Shown: piece by piece, positions 60,401 through 64,000 of the stretch | Position numbering within the stretch: position 1 is the first letter of the stretch | How the letters are laid out: the number at the start of each line of letters is the position of its first letter | Virus record (IMG/VR): IMGVR_UViG_3300046361_000034 | Location: 1-64,000 of that record | Reading direction: 5' to 3' (one strand) | DNA from: a virus | DNA length: 64,000 nucleotides | Notes under the pieces: model-generated | The model's database searches: none | Seen by the model: only the letters and a program-made list of their open reading frames with translations | Told to the model about the DNA's origin: nothing | Translations under genes and position numbers: made by a program

Positions 60401-61141
60401 TTAGATGTACTTATTAAAAGAACTCATGGTAATTATGATAACTTATCCCCTTTAAAAGTTAAACGTACTTTTACTGGTAGAGCTGCTAGTCAATTTAGAA
60501 CTTGGTTATATGAGTCTATTGCTACTCGTATAGAAGATGAAAGATTTGATGCTAATTTAGGAGAAACTGTCAAAGGTAGATATAGAAGTGTAGGAAGTTT
60601 AGCTAATATAACAGATAAAAATAATGCTGGAAATATTGCTTTTACTTTACTTAAAGGTTTCTTACAACAATTTAGTTTTGGAACTTTACCTATAAATGGT
60701 AACTTTGAAGAACTAATTGATGGGGAGAAATTTAAAGAAATTGATGCGGTAAATATGAGAAAAGTTTGTATGGAAATTGCATTAGCATTAGATTTGTATT
60801 TATTCTTACTATTAGTATCTGCATTTGCTGGAGATGATGATGAAGCTTATACTAATATATTATTAAATCAAGGTGCTAGACTTAAAACAGATTTATTATT
60901 GTATGTAAATCCTATTGAAGCTAGAAATATTGTTAAAGATATTATTCCTGCTATGAGTATTGTTAAAGATACAGGAGATTGGATGAATAGTGTTGGAAGG
61001 TTTGCTATAGGAGAAGATGAAATAGAAAGTGGAGTTCATGATGGAGATAGTAGAGTACTTAGTAATACTATTAAAATGTTACCATTTGGTAGTAAAGCAT
61101 ATAGTATTTATAATTCAGGTTCACAACAATATTCTAAATAA
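45437..61141 (+). CDS. giant virion RNA polymerase polyprotein (5234 aa) with inserted P-loop kinase and zincin-like domains
   Basis: YRIPTSG and GSDFDVDKLY (DFDVD 54320-54334) as in crAss-like vRNAPs; GTSGSGKS 50045-50068; EEMIH 57089-57103; hydrophobic segments near both ends. Confidence 0.9.
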   Translation: MALNPNFRKTVSSKDIVLPPDASSENPQQTVGDLGVQIGSPVSSTSHPLEDLGSLVQGYVETGKEKLLNLNLDEYAPYFGNNIGAFGSKEDLDKSRAFRQGSGEQFLNAAGRVAINVVPEMVSQLANAADFEDYFNSDQEVGNWVSNAINKFEVGVDKALPIYRENPDKPLDIGDNAWWFENGSSLVKSAAAFVGAGYLTGAAAGSLFTKGGEALKWLSTMGKESQLADTGKQIANAGATLANAMMLNQAEGVGIATDQFQKSYTRASNDLKASEEGKSLSDEEIDNQARKIAAQEATSALNFNKINILLNLTSANMFMKTSLGTRSLLNAPSLKHGLIELGREGAQEYGEEVINDISQNQATDKDYSFQKAMEYSMTAQGIESGLLGFIGGVGQTALTKAGKYLPIYSNRAYNQAYASHYQSMKNTDLTDIEKDAKAKELALRDVGTNKSRVSDKFNESSRYTQQQNALNRWQNLENSDKIGDISNAFSTTDEILALHKQIADAHASGDVAKAKSLEERTFGLQAKQAFQTGTTDAFEKTYKSFAALTHEEAEKKDIYTEGDENTPNYYKTRANEAVKDIQSLETIYNNSQAYLNSNDVYDMEEHKHYTNKAIKLNLENVTKEFNNALELYKNRPETLPSKTNSFVDLNSPSGYDLNKTQPNFKKTPSYRKIKAMLEADKIYRDNIGNIQEVIDLTTSSSYQEKLKNAINNSRKAVVKENKLKQVFKKRSEKKKEINTLVNTLAKQAKTEVNTNSVVEDVNTINDVIEPGKTLPVENIEEESVVTPKQDEVKKSFPSKPVFVNVPSFNDATINNKFIELKGIAENPDIYLEDSIDYLEKSIDAVRVAKDSNAIPSLEANNVEIGLNSLTEALNDLKAQKAQEVVKADVLKSIGRQLLNSINGEEDIDTNNTDSPSKQFDKAKQQREINLLMDYLNVLDNTGVDITDFKQVVNSFENSTSKAEVIKAFTKLKGLFMAYTGQEVEGSYAEIMYDSVEKQKLSDRYKGINKYNVIGDFYTAPKDDISTDALNSIADLAKLNGLDVNGSGVSTQIYNDTAANLLAYLSKKYKTTFTSKKSDSGHRYIEVTKSDLNNLLNEALNQRVLDPDFLSVGKEITFVPLDSVTLENGDLLYAKDVDVNEKPIGIAVDGELIDGLYLHDTGWININNIDNTSANIVNDQNTLRNLRAHILNSKIPVTTVVQERSAGVPILDESGELSTVLENTPDVEIGIIKEGSVFTGRESIVQTVNISRIDEGKGVIIIPFNNEKLALSVKRAKLDTGVIDSIITATELYLNGTKTELTDELDKTYQINILTSRGLEQYINQFIGYSSLDIKDKQSFSDKLINIADNISLIQFNNGRLYYGQGQEIGVNDIYPSKNNGEERQKDLKHFRQHLKKMYHHINLDLLGTDTGIKLMQNNKVLIPYNTYNEYAKSVMLSPYLSMKLDNGKTIYTLQSRIKFDLEKAFSSNNKAKNVIKSLSEPLDNTNVENTVQPLSEPKSNDISLPNGKTFSFNDVTEDTLSPAKENNNLPNVLLPIGTSGSGKSTFIKSLPQENLVIIEPDAMRVEFTGDINNKTKDKEIYEEATKRAIIAIKQGKQVVFDTTNLTKDKRLPFIEAIKKEIPNANIQYKLMELNPELAKQRIKAQIEKGENRANVSDETINRHAQAYQQMLEDIKEEPLTEFNDSPNLIGNENYDDLINSSSLIPGLSVTTQTSLVRSIVNDIYNEASDSAEPVKLNKQLKLAVESLEMIRDKAVEINHSKAGEINKVVEAVKANVKKLTKAVNLEYKKRNSVVGVINLDNYNELSIDEEQSIKDGGNDKLQLTEYTIDPKTTLTGRAKQMLEGITDKKVTITEDGKEFTTKTTLLNLNIFIPFDIVYNNLISILGKSNTNANMVQVDSKLIEKHGKHPDYVVHALEELSKHIETKPYLIDVMEKLKTAEPDVQNSFISALNKVSTNHIYVHALYDKPNNKYSLRINKAASKNITNLVLSEWQNNLNYSKLLSLDNDRIIYNFRAIDAFNKQFKEIADKNVNPNYKELSDLLKLVGIEIPIQLYNTWNKYGIKVKGTNQTLLDSFKFSTGIFKNIGKRLNSYNTNNAEWLNLSENNLYDDSSFTSLANLVSYYRVDLFNDSFKNANGDTIFGYTNDRYAITRALKLKTDVKLLSDLKSDVFAQDSVWLNQLLKKGDTIAINEESTFYKYFQYGTAESLKTKNALLGKTIDTLKPAELAKFHFSLFQNGGLKIGKDSDPTPIMQVIYPTMEEKANAFIFQVPGEYYKLTAEGKMHPSDKQKLVEILIYPEIQRILKHQADPNAVQIDGYKEGAGKFLLFPKLNDDARLFDKTGQLLDEVLLPEFNGIDFQNILQEHLYNHLMQIFKDTRENWKKFGIITTDKNSKQDQFQYIDASYKAAFAVQGINTTLLNYVINTTVANMNIQQLFIGDPALYYKGSSDAMTTGQLTADNQGKRLSADNAGAIQLLFPQGSTFNTLVIKDNYVSSKRADYIEKLYKGFPDIYGQYKKGTLMSNGKQSKGINSTDAQGYHTLEEHLDIMHSLGTLSLKDKTKILDTYNKTGKINKSDKALVLQPFKPRYVNNFNRFGVNARLYFKYSTLPLIKQFTQGTDLDVLREHMEKNKIQLVLHESAVKVGGSANIIDVYDSKGNIVIPVKWKSSLITNIPREGLGIQQDVPYNSKQKTVNDGTQQAKELFTNIMDIDGFIDPETGKAVTGRELSKTYLVKYKKSFLSKYNKLIQELDFDTKTHTIGNYDKLYKLLEDEGYNRNYSSNDIQGLETVKIGNKSVKFTVPLWLNTADSKIVALLNSIVDNKVRKRSFRGKSFVLASESGTQLKTIKDVNLSEVVKVGDWDGTLKGAWEDNENKGQMSYAEVLVPFKFWDNKGELLKLDEFMNDGVIDLTRLPEELLEIFGYRIPTSGLNLISNIKIVGFLPASYGDIVIAPADFIVQMGSDFDVDKLYTHMYNTHYNDVTKSLHIVNKDISSQHNNITQSIKVMEDRVKELSRNGVASAKDNNLIVALQQQINLLKESDLMQLKDIDEQVIQNDLLDIHKAVLNNPNVEVQKARTNPLSFGELPALAKEIYKESNRFFTPLANTYQQNKYLSARASKTAVGVFSLDTVFNSVLQYIEKPMYFTKVVKEGENMVTKDIRYTIGGYTTNALNNPKRLDGKWKSDSFIAFMATALDNGKEQLLGKLNINSDTFDFIRAANQLGLPENLVILMINQPAIKAYQLSKQFFEDVEIKPFNEDIENILSTTSIENLLKTVKGDDITSDRQQAYLSFFKELSSKGRQLKILQSAINSDSSGIGKNIFYSIKKAEQILNLPKSTEISNVDNLIGNYIYLNESPAYNKLSVEEQEGYINTKKEDGYILYNNVLIQPTSLGGMAGVYATMLNNQLWSKLYPYTDKNYYSIITSIIPADSDNSTIQGSADALQNSVTNYKSFLISNTFNLFTSKYTSITEARKDLLFDRENHLSLGSFISQIKNTKAYSNAMLDRLQIGRSNQIVDITGSIPTVITYQNAGSVEMDEEVIINSFIDMIVNPQDLGQFNGESINTKQLADLLITHQMINGGIQKSNQFIKYIPFKYLQKRGFYKAVESTNVVTNVDTVNQIRNTYYTQYLQHNPEEFYNEFYDIESPKFVNDYKNIVNGKLVGVDPQLSEKTNFVITNKANSEIYRIFKHDDMSGDFIEIDNLGWKGNNEYDINATFAARSSIYINQVDNYSNFDKLNGIDTSNFEEINDDVIENAEEHLPNPTETSNFLRLDRDTKSDNSPAIYNENKYDLVKKYYLDDNNLSIEDKYRLILKEVEANSTNPIVQYFSKKLVDIIPYLAETPLYVNTKLPVQGRATTTKLLGEPVRIEINPNLISSDEEMAEVLMEEMIHGLLKTEISKGSSEFVKSLNSIKNEVRSILIEKYGKEAFDTVDKKIVGKLPLKEGVERNLIYNVYNLDEFVAAAIKDKTFQAFLNSTESLDSTKSIFSRFVDYIKNLLVKLGVVPDKNLSAVLHEIINVVESPNFQVGRELVTPKYVRTVGYLNNKFNLTNNTNELRSKGNAEEIADFINRNIVNVEAVVKDNFVILTSKKLYEVNEDNSFGTEDIQDEGFGSNLVNYYQSLTLRVAKLKANIKKAVELKDFVRVADLTERYNVEKDKLVGVKKITAAVDLADKGEEDLQMIETILNRKMTSEDIVYARGVLNFWKDAKRLVFNERLNSSKPLTRIYGAIEGSAEALSDKLFKIEKTYMEEYIKKYTDQDINLDQQFKDYKDINIIQANVRDISSYDNILLSSIWSSVKHANIAATNEGNEKLESINNQLTKVVPVLKSLGNAELFEVFRQKNSNGKLTGHIINPYTDIFYKDRAKVLKKLNKDNTQTNFIKYLNWINQSAFDVDLESIFPTTGETDATTIVREELKQKLGAGVYSFWFKNQKNKIDSYNDHKFGQTQSLLAKYKLASEQDILNSDEANREYKFWIEKNSPYRLAKYAFQDNIKLSSEFGYTSQKYYEVIPKDSEYLDSNYDTISNNPELLEFYNTITDLFKDLKKYVPESQQKTLAYGGVPSLEKSIVELYTEHGMQLGVLPIQDIWTKSMQSSFGDNTSTIIDPVTNRPINEMRIPIIKDNYKEVQKYIKQKSAEYLIENNKAPSADIIKGFEEDIINEISEGKSFDLGKIAKVYTALVLAHKHKSKIEDSVKIANTVLNKYEETRLRPDGTPETDAMTGAIQRKGADQSFGNIKSAYESYINNVFYGDIHEEEGKGKKSLTKSEKLEKAKLLGLLNQLEVQHDNKLIEDELYKSTKDNLTEQLGNLGKTFIYSKAGDNVLKYVQLKLMGWNVLGGISNMGFGWLSNQIEAAGGQFFNKADLAYAYKLSLHSITKNASFNKLETDTARKIREGMDKWDILKDASHELYTSSTPSSFDSKLKFLKPFNVNQRTEYLNQAPLFIALSRNTMVDTTKGKISLWDGFDKDWNWNEAEYGAEPTEVINKMRIKLDVLIKRTHGNYDNLSPLKVKRTFTGRAASQFRTWLYESIATRIEDERFDANLGETVKGRYRSVGSLANITDKNNAGNIAFTLLKGFLQQFSFGTLPINGNFEELIDGEKFKEIDAVNMRKVCMEIALALDLYLFLLLVSAFAGDDDEAYTNILLNQGARLKTDLLLYVNPIEARNIVKDIIPAMSIVKDTGDWMNSVGRFAIGEDEIESGVHDGDSRVLSNTIKMLPFGSKAYSIYNSGSQQYSK

Positions 61142-61193
61142 GTTTCATTATCTAGTTCACTAGAAACGTTAAATTTTTTATTAGGATTAAAAT

Positions 61194-61228
61194 TAAAAGG
61201 GATAACAGTATATGTTATCCCTTTTTAT
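61194..61228. terminator. bidirectional intrinsic terminator between convergent units
   Basis: AAAAGGGATAACA-GTATA-TGTTATCCCTTTTT with A-run and T-run flanks. Confidence 0.88.
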
Positions 61229-61708
61229 TTATTTCTGTTTAAGAGAATTAGTAATAGTTTCTAATTTATTACTAAGTTGAGTAATACTAAGATTTTTTAA
61301 TTTCTTTAAATCATCGACTAATACATAAACATCTTTATGATAAAGATAAATTAATTTTCCATCTTTAATAACTCTTTTATCTGTTCCATTTGGTCCTTTA
61401 CTTCTAAGTCTACATCTAGCAATAATACTTCCAGACATTTTAACCTCAAATGATTTTTTAATATCATTATCAACTAGTGCAACAGGAGTTTCAGAATGAA
61501 GTTGTAAAAAGAAATTAACAATTTTTCGATAATCATTAAGAGTTTTTTCCTTAGTATTTGTATCATCGGCATAATACTTTTCACGTTTATCTAGACGATT
61601 AGTTAAAGTATTACATAGATTAAAATATTTTATATATTTTCCATAAGATATAAATGCAATAACAGCAAATAAAAAACAAAGTACACATAATATCAATATA
61701 TTACTCAT
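61229..61708 (-). CDS. N-terminally membrane-anchored hypothetical protein
   Basis: 159 aa, N-terminal TM then coiled coil. Confidence 0.7.
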   Translation of the reverse strand: MSNILILCVLCFLFAVIAFISYGKYIKYFNLCNTLTNRLDKREKYYADDTNTKEKTLNDYRKIVNFFLQLHSETPVALVDNDIKKSFEVKMSGSIIARCRLRSKGPNGTDKRVIKDGKLIYLYHKDVYVLVDDLKKLKNLSITQLSNKLETITNSLKQK

Positions 61709-61710
61709 AA

Positions 61711-62265
61711 TTAAGATTTTTTAATATTATTAATATTGGTTATTAGAGTAGATAAATTAGGTAATTTATTAGAAGTTGCACTAGCGTTTTGTAAACTTCC
61801 TAATATATCTGATAGCATAATAAAATCATCACCTTTAGTATCTATTAAAAATTTAATTTTATCATTTATTACTTCTTGTTTTGAATAATTATATACATTA
61901 TAATTTCCATTTGTGGCAGTAAGTCTTAAAGCAGGACAAGTTATACTTTCAGTATCAACAACTCTTAATCTATTAAACCACTCTTTATCTAATAGGTGTA
62001 ATAAGTAAATAGCATAAAAGAATTTCCTATGTAAATCATTATAACTTGTTTCTTGATTTTGAATCATAGTTACTAATTTCTTTTCACTAGTTTCATAGCA
62101 TAAATTAATAAGATCTCTTTCTTTTTGAAAAGCATCTTTATCTTTAGATAAATCTTCTTCAAGTTCTTTAATTTTAATAGTTTTAATACTTCCAATAATA
62201 AATTGAATTACTACACATATTGCAAGTATTACAGCAATAGCAACGATAATGGCATGATTAATCAT
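61711..62265 (-). CDS. N-terminally membrane-anchored coiled-coil protein
   Basis: 184 aa, N-terminal TM then coiled coil. Confidence 0.7.
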   Translation of the reverse strand: MINHAIIVAIAVILAICVVIQFIIGSIKTIKIKELEEDLSKDKDAFQKERDLINLCYETSEKKLVTMIQNQETSYNDLHRKFFYAIYLLHLLDKEWFNRLRVVDTESITCPALRLTATNGNYNVYNYSKQEVINDKIKFLIDTKGDDFIMLSDILGSLQNASATSNKLPNLSTLITNINNIKKS

Positions 62266-62267
62266 AA

Positions 62268-62822
62268 TTAATTAGTTTTAAGTTTATAAATATAGTTATT
62301 AAAATTAGTATGTGTATCAATAGTAGGAACAAATCTCCAATAATCCTCTACTCGTATAAAGTAATTGTTATGATTATAAGTTGTACCATTAGATAAATTA
62401 GTTTTAACTTCTAATTGAAGTTTATCAGTAGTTATAATAGGTAAAGAATAATAATAATCTTTAACTTCCTCTAACTGTTCAGTAATACCAGTTTTATAAG
62501 TATTAGTAAATTGAATCATAAGTAAAAAGATTAATAAAGCTAATTGTTCTTTATTACTCTCTCCATATAAAAATAGTTTAAATAATTCTTTAACCTCATG
62601 TATATTAACTTGAGTTTGCTTTTCTTTAGGAATTACATCTAATACTCGTTTCTGAATATCTTGTATAATAAAATCAGGATAAAGAGGTAAACTTTGTAAA
62701 AGAATATTTACAATATCTGCTACTTCAAGTACGTGAAATCTATCATATATTGTATCGCCTTCTTGTGTTCGTGCTCTTTCTAATGCAGAAAATATTATAG
62801 CTTGTAATTTTTCATATTCCAT
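62268..62822 (-). CDS. hypothetical protein
   Basis: 184-aa ORF; ATG overlaps the upstream stop. Confidence 0.7.
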   Translation of the reverse strand: MEYEKLQAIIFSALERARTQEGDTIYDRFHVLEVADIVNILLQSLPLYPDFIIQDIQKRVLDVIPKEKQTQVNIHEVKELFKLFLYGESNKEQLALLIFLLMIQFTNTYKTGITEQLEEVKDYYYSLPIITTDKLQLEVKTNLSNGTTYNHNNYFIRVEDYWRFVPTIDTHTNFNNYIYKLKTN

Positions 62823-63847
62823 TATAGAGATATTATTTCTTTAAATATAAGTTCACGAGTTGTAGTATCCATAAGATTATTTTTAAATTTACTGTCAGCA
62901 GTTCTATACTCTTTAGTGTTTTGTAGATAACCAGTAATACCATTAAATAATCCCCAACCTGTACCAATAAGTCCTTCTTGTCCTACACCTATATTATAAT
63001 AAGTCCAAGCAGCCTCAAGAATATTTTTACCTTTAGTTGAAAGATTACCATATTTATCATCTGGTACTTTTAATACTTTTTGCATAATAGTTTTGGCTTC
63101 ATCATCTGTAACAGGTACTCTAGCAATATGAGAAAATGCTTCTTGATATGCAAGAGTTTGTTGGTCAACAATACCTAGTACTTTTTTAGATTGTTCTAGT
63201 TTATCATTGGCAGAAGATGTGTGACGTATTACTACTCTATTACTTTTTGCCTGTAGAGCCATACTTAGTGTGTTGTTGCATACAACCCTAATTGGTGTAA
63301 ACATTACAACAATACTACTACTACCATCATGTGACATAGTAAGTAATAAGTATTTATCAATTTGGTCATTATTAATAACCATTTCGGCTTTTAGTTTACA
63401 AGTAATAAATATAGTTTCACCGTTACCTAATGCACCTACTGTTTCATATTCAGCATATCTTTCTCCTACTATACTATCAATAAATTCAAATGCTTCGTGG
63501 TTTTGAATTACATGATACTTACTACCAACTATTCCTAAAGGCAAACCATTGTCAGTTCTCACAGTAGCAAACTTATCCTCAAACAACTCAATTCCTCTAT
63601 ATGTAGGTTTATTATCAATAAACTCTCTTGATATATGAGTCCGTTGTTTAGCTTCTTCAAAATCAAAAGTTTTAGTTCCTTGTACATATAAAGGCTGTTT
63701 ATCAACAATAAAATTTAATCCCCCAAGTTCAATAGCCTCTTTAGAAGTCATAGCTTCAACTACTGTACCTAATCCATGCCAAGCAGGTTCTTTACGGGTT
63801 ACAAATGATGCTATTCCGTTACGTCTAATGTTTAAAGTATGTGCCAT
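62822..63847 (-). CDS. DUF932/DUF945-family phage/plasmid protein
   Basis: PAWHGLG, YHVIQN, ETVGAL, SHDGSSS, TPIRVVCNNTL, RHT, WGLFNGIT. Confidence 0.88.
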   Translation of the reverse strand: MAHTLNIRRNGIASFVTRKEPAWHGLGTVVEAMTSKEAIELGGLNFIVDKQPLYVQGTKTFDFEEAKQRTHISREFIDNKPTYRGIELFEDKFATVRTDNGLPLGIVGSKYHVIQNHEAFEFIDSIVGERYAEYETVGALGNGETIFITCKLKAEMVINNDQIDKYLLLTMSHDGSSSIVVMFTPIRVVCNNTLSMALQAKSNRVVIRHTSSANDKLEQSKKVLGIVDQQTLAYQEAFSHIARVPVTDDEAKTIMQKVLKVPDDKYGNLSTKGKNILEAAWTYYNIGVGQEGLIGTGWGLFNGITGYLQNTKEYRTADSKFKNNLMDTTTRELIFKEIISL

Positions 63848-63851
63848 ATAG

Positions 63852-64000
63852 TTAATTTAATTTGATTACTTTATATTCTCCTTTAGGAAAAAAATCTTTT
63901 CTTTCGTTAAATTCTTCTTCTGTATACTGATTATGGAAATCATAATTATCTTTCATATTTTTAGACATAAATCTATTAATAAAAGCTTCTTTAGCTTGAC
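63852..64000 (-). CDS. hypothetical protein, partial (3' end)
   Basis: Open frame ...QAKEAFINRFMSKNMKDNYDFHNQYTEEEFNERKDFFPKGEYKVIKLN* ending 4 nt before the DUF932 ATG. Confidence 0.7.
   Translation of the reverse strand, partial: QAKEAFINRFMSKNMKDNYDFHNQYTEEEFNERKDFFPKGEYKVIKLN

Larger units (their letters stand above)
1..64000. mobile_element. crAss-like (Crassvirales-type) lytic phage genome segment, Bacteroidota host inferred
   Basis: TerL-portal-scaffold-MCP-ring-muzzle-cargo-giant virion RNAP (DFDVD) synteny typical of crAss-like phages; no host housekeeping genes or integrase seen. Confidence 0.92.

Noticed and set aside
10847-61141. Stop-codon reassignment (TAG or TGA), known in some crAss-like phages
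   Set aside because: All late genes, including the 5234-aa ORF, are intact and tightly packed under the standard code; no suppressor tRNA seen
355-63506. Short nested or antisense ORFs (355-603, 5217-5402, 12734-12931, 12825-13031, 14296-14478, 14364-14633, 15142-15324, 17244-17429, 18417-18611, 20307-20516, 22479-22700, 32359-32562, 35658-35840, 44698-44937, 47539-47883, 49909-50223, 58110-58325, 63270-63506)
   Set aside because: Off-frame or antisense by-products of AT-rich codon bias inside well-supported genes; Leu/Ile/Met-rich with no motifs
1-64000. tRNA or rRNA genes
   Set aside because: No cloverleaf with T-loop GTTCRA and acceptor stem noticed in the intergenic regions; tRNAscan-SE or ARAGORN would be decisive

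Overview
This is a 64-kb AT-rich segment of a crAss-like (Crassvirales-type) podovirus genome, read in the standard genetic code. The host is most likely a Bacteroidota, probably Flavobacteriia: there are no Shine-Dalgarno sequences, a TAnnTTTG -7 promoter element is present, and signal peptides end in A-Q or S-Q. There are three blocks. (1) 1-10021, minus strand: early/replication-associated genes (Dda/RecD-like SF1B helicase, RepL-like wHTH protein, DEDDh exonuclease, GroES-like co-chaperonin, many small or membrane proteins), separated by hairpin-rich intergenic spacers. (2) A divergent control region at about 10022-10846, then a 50-kb plus-strand virion operon at 10847-61141: HU/IHF-like protein, PD-(D/E)xK nuclease, degenerate HAD phosphatase, TerL, portal, scaffold, major capsid protein, ring/hub proteins, tail spike, a cassette of signal-peptide proteins, holins, GH73 endolysin, muzzle, cargo proteins and a 5234-aa virion RNA polymerase polyprotein. 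(3) 61229-64000: a convergent minus-strand block with a DUF932-like gene. The most unusual signals are: a P-loop polynucleotide-kinase-like domain inside the virion RNAP polyprotein, alongside a separate 3'-phosphatase-like HAD gene that has lost its catalytic residues; three consecutive tail/lysis-region genes with Sec signal peptides (fibre-like protein, LamG+SGNH esterase, thermonuclease); two mirror-image tracts, 176 nt with no C and 230 nt with no G, that share a flanking 9-mer; a multi-helix candidate RNA at about 6.0-6.16 kb; and short CG-rich, hairpin-forming patches inside late genes at roughly 13.4-kb spacing. All family calls come from motifs and synteny read by eye; no database searches were run.
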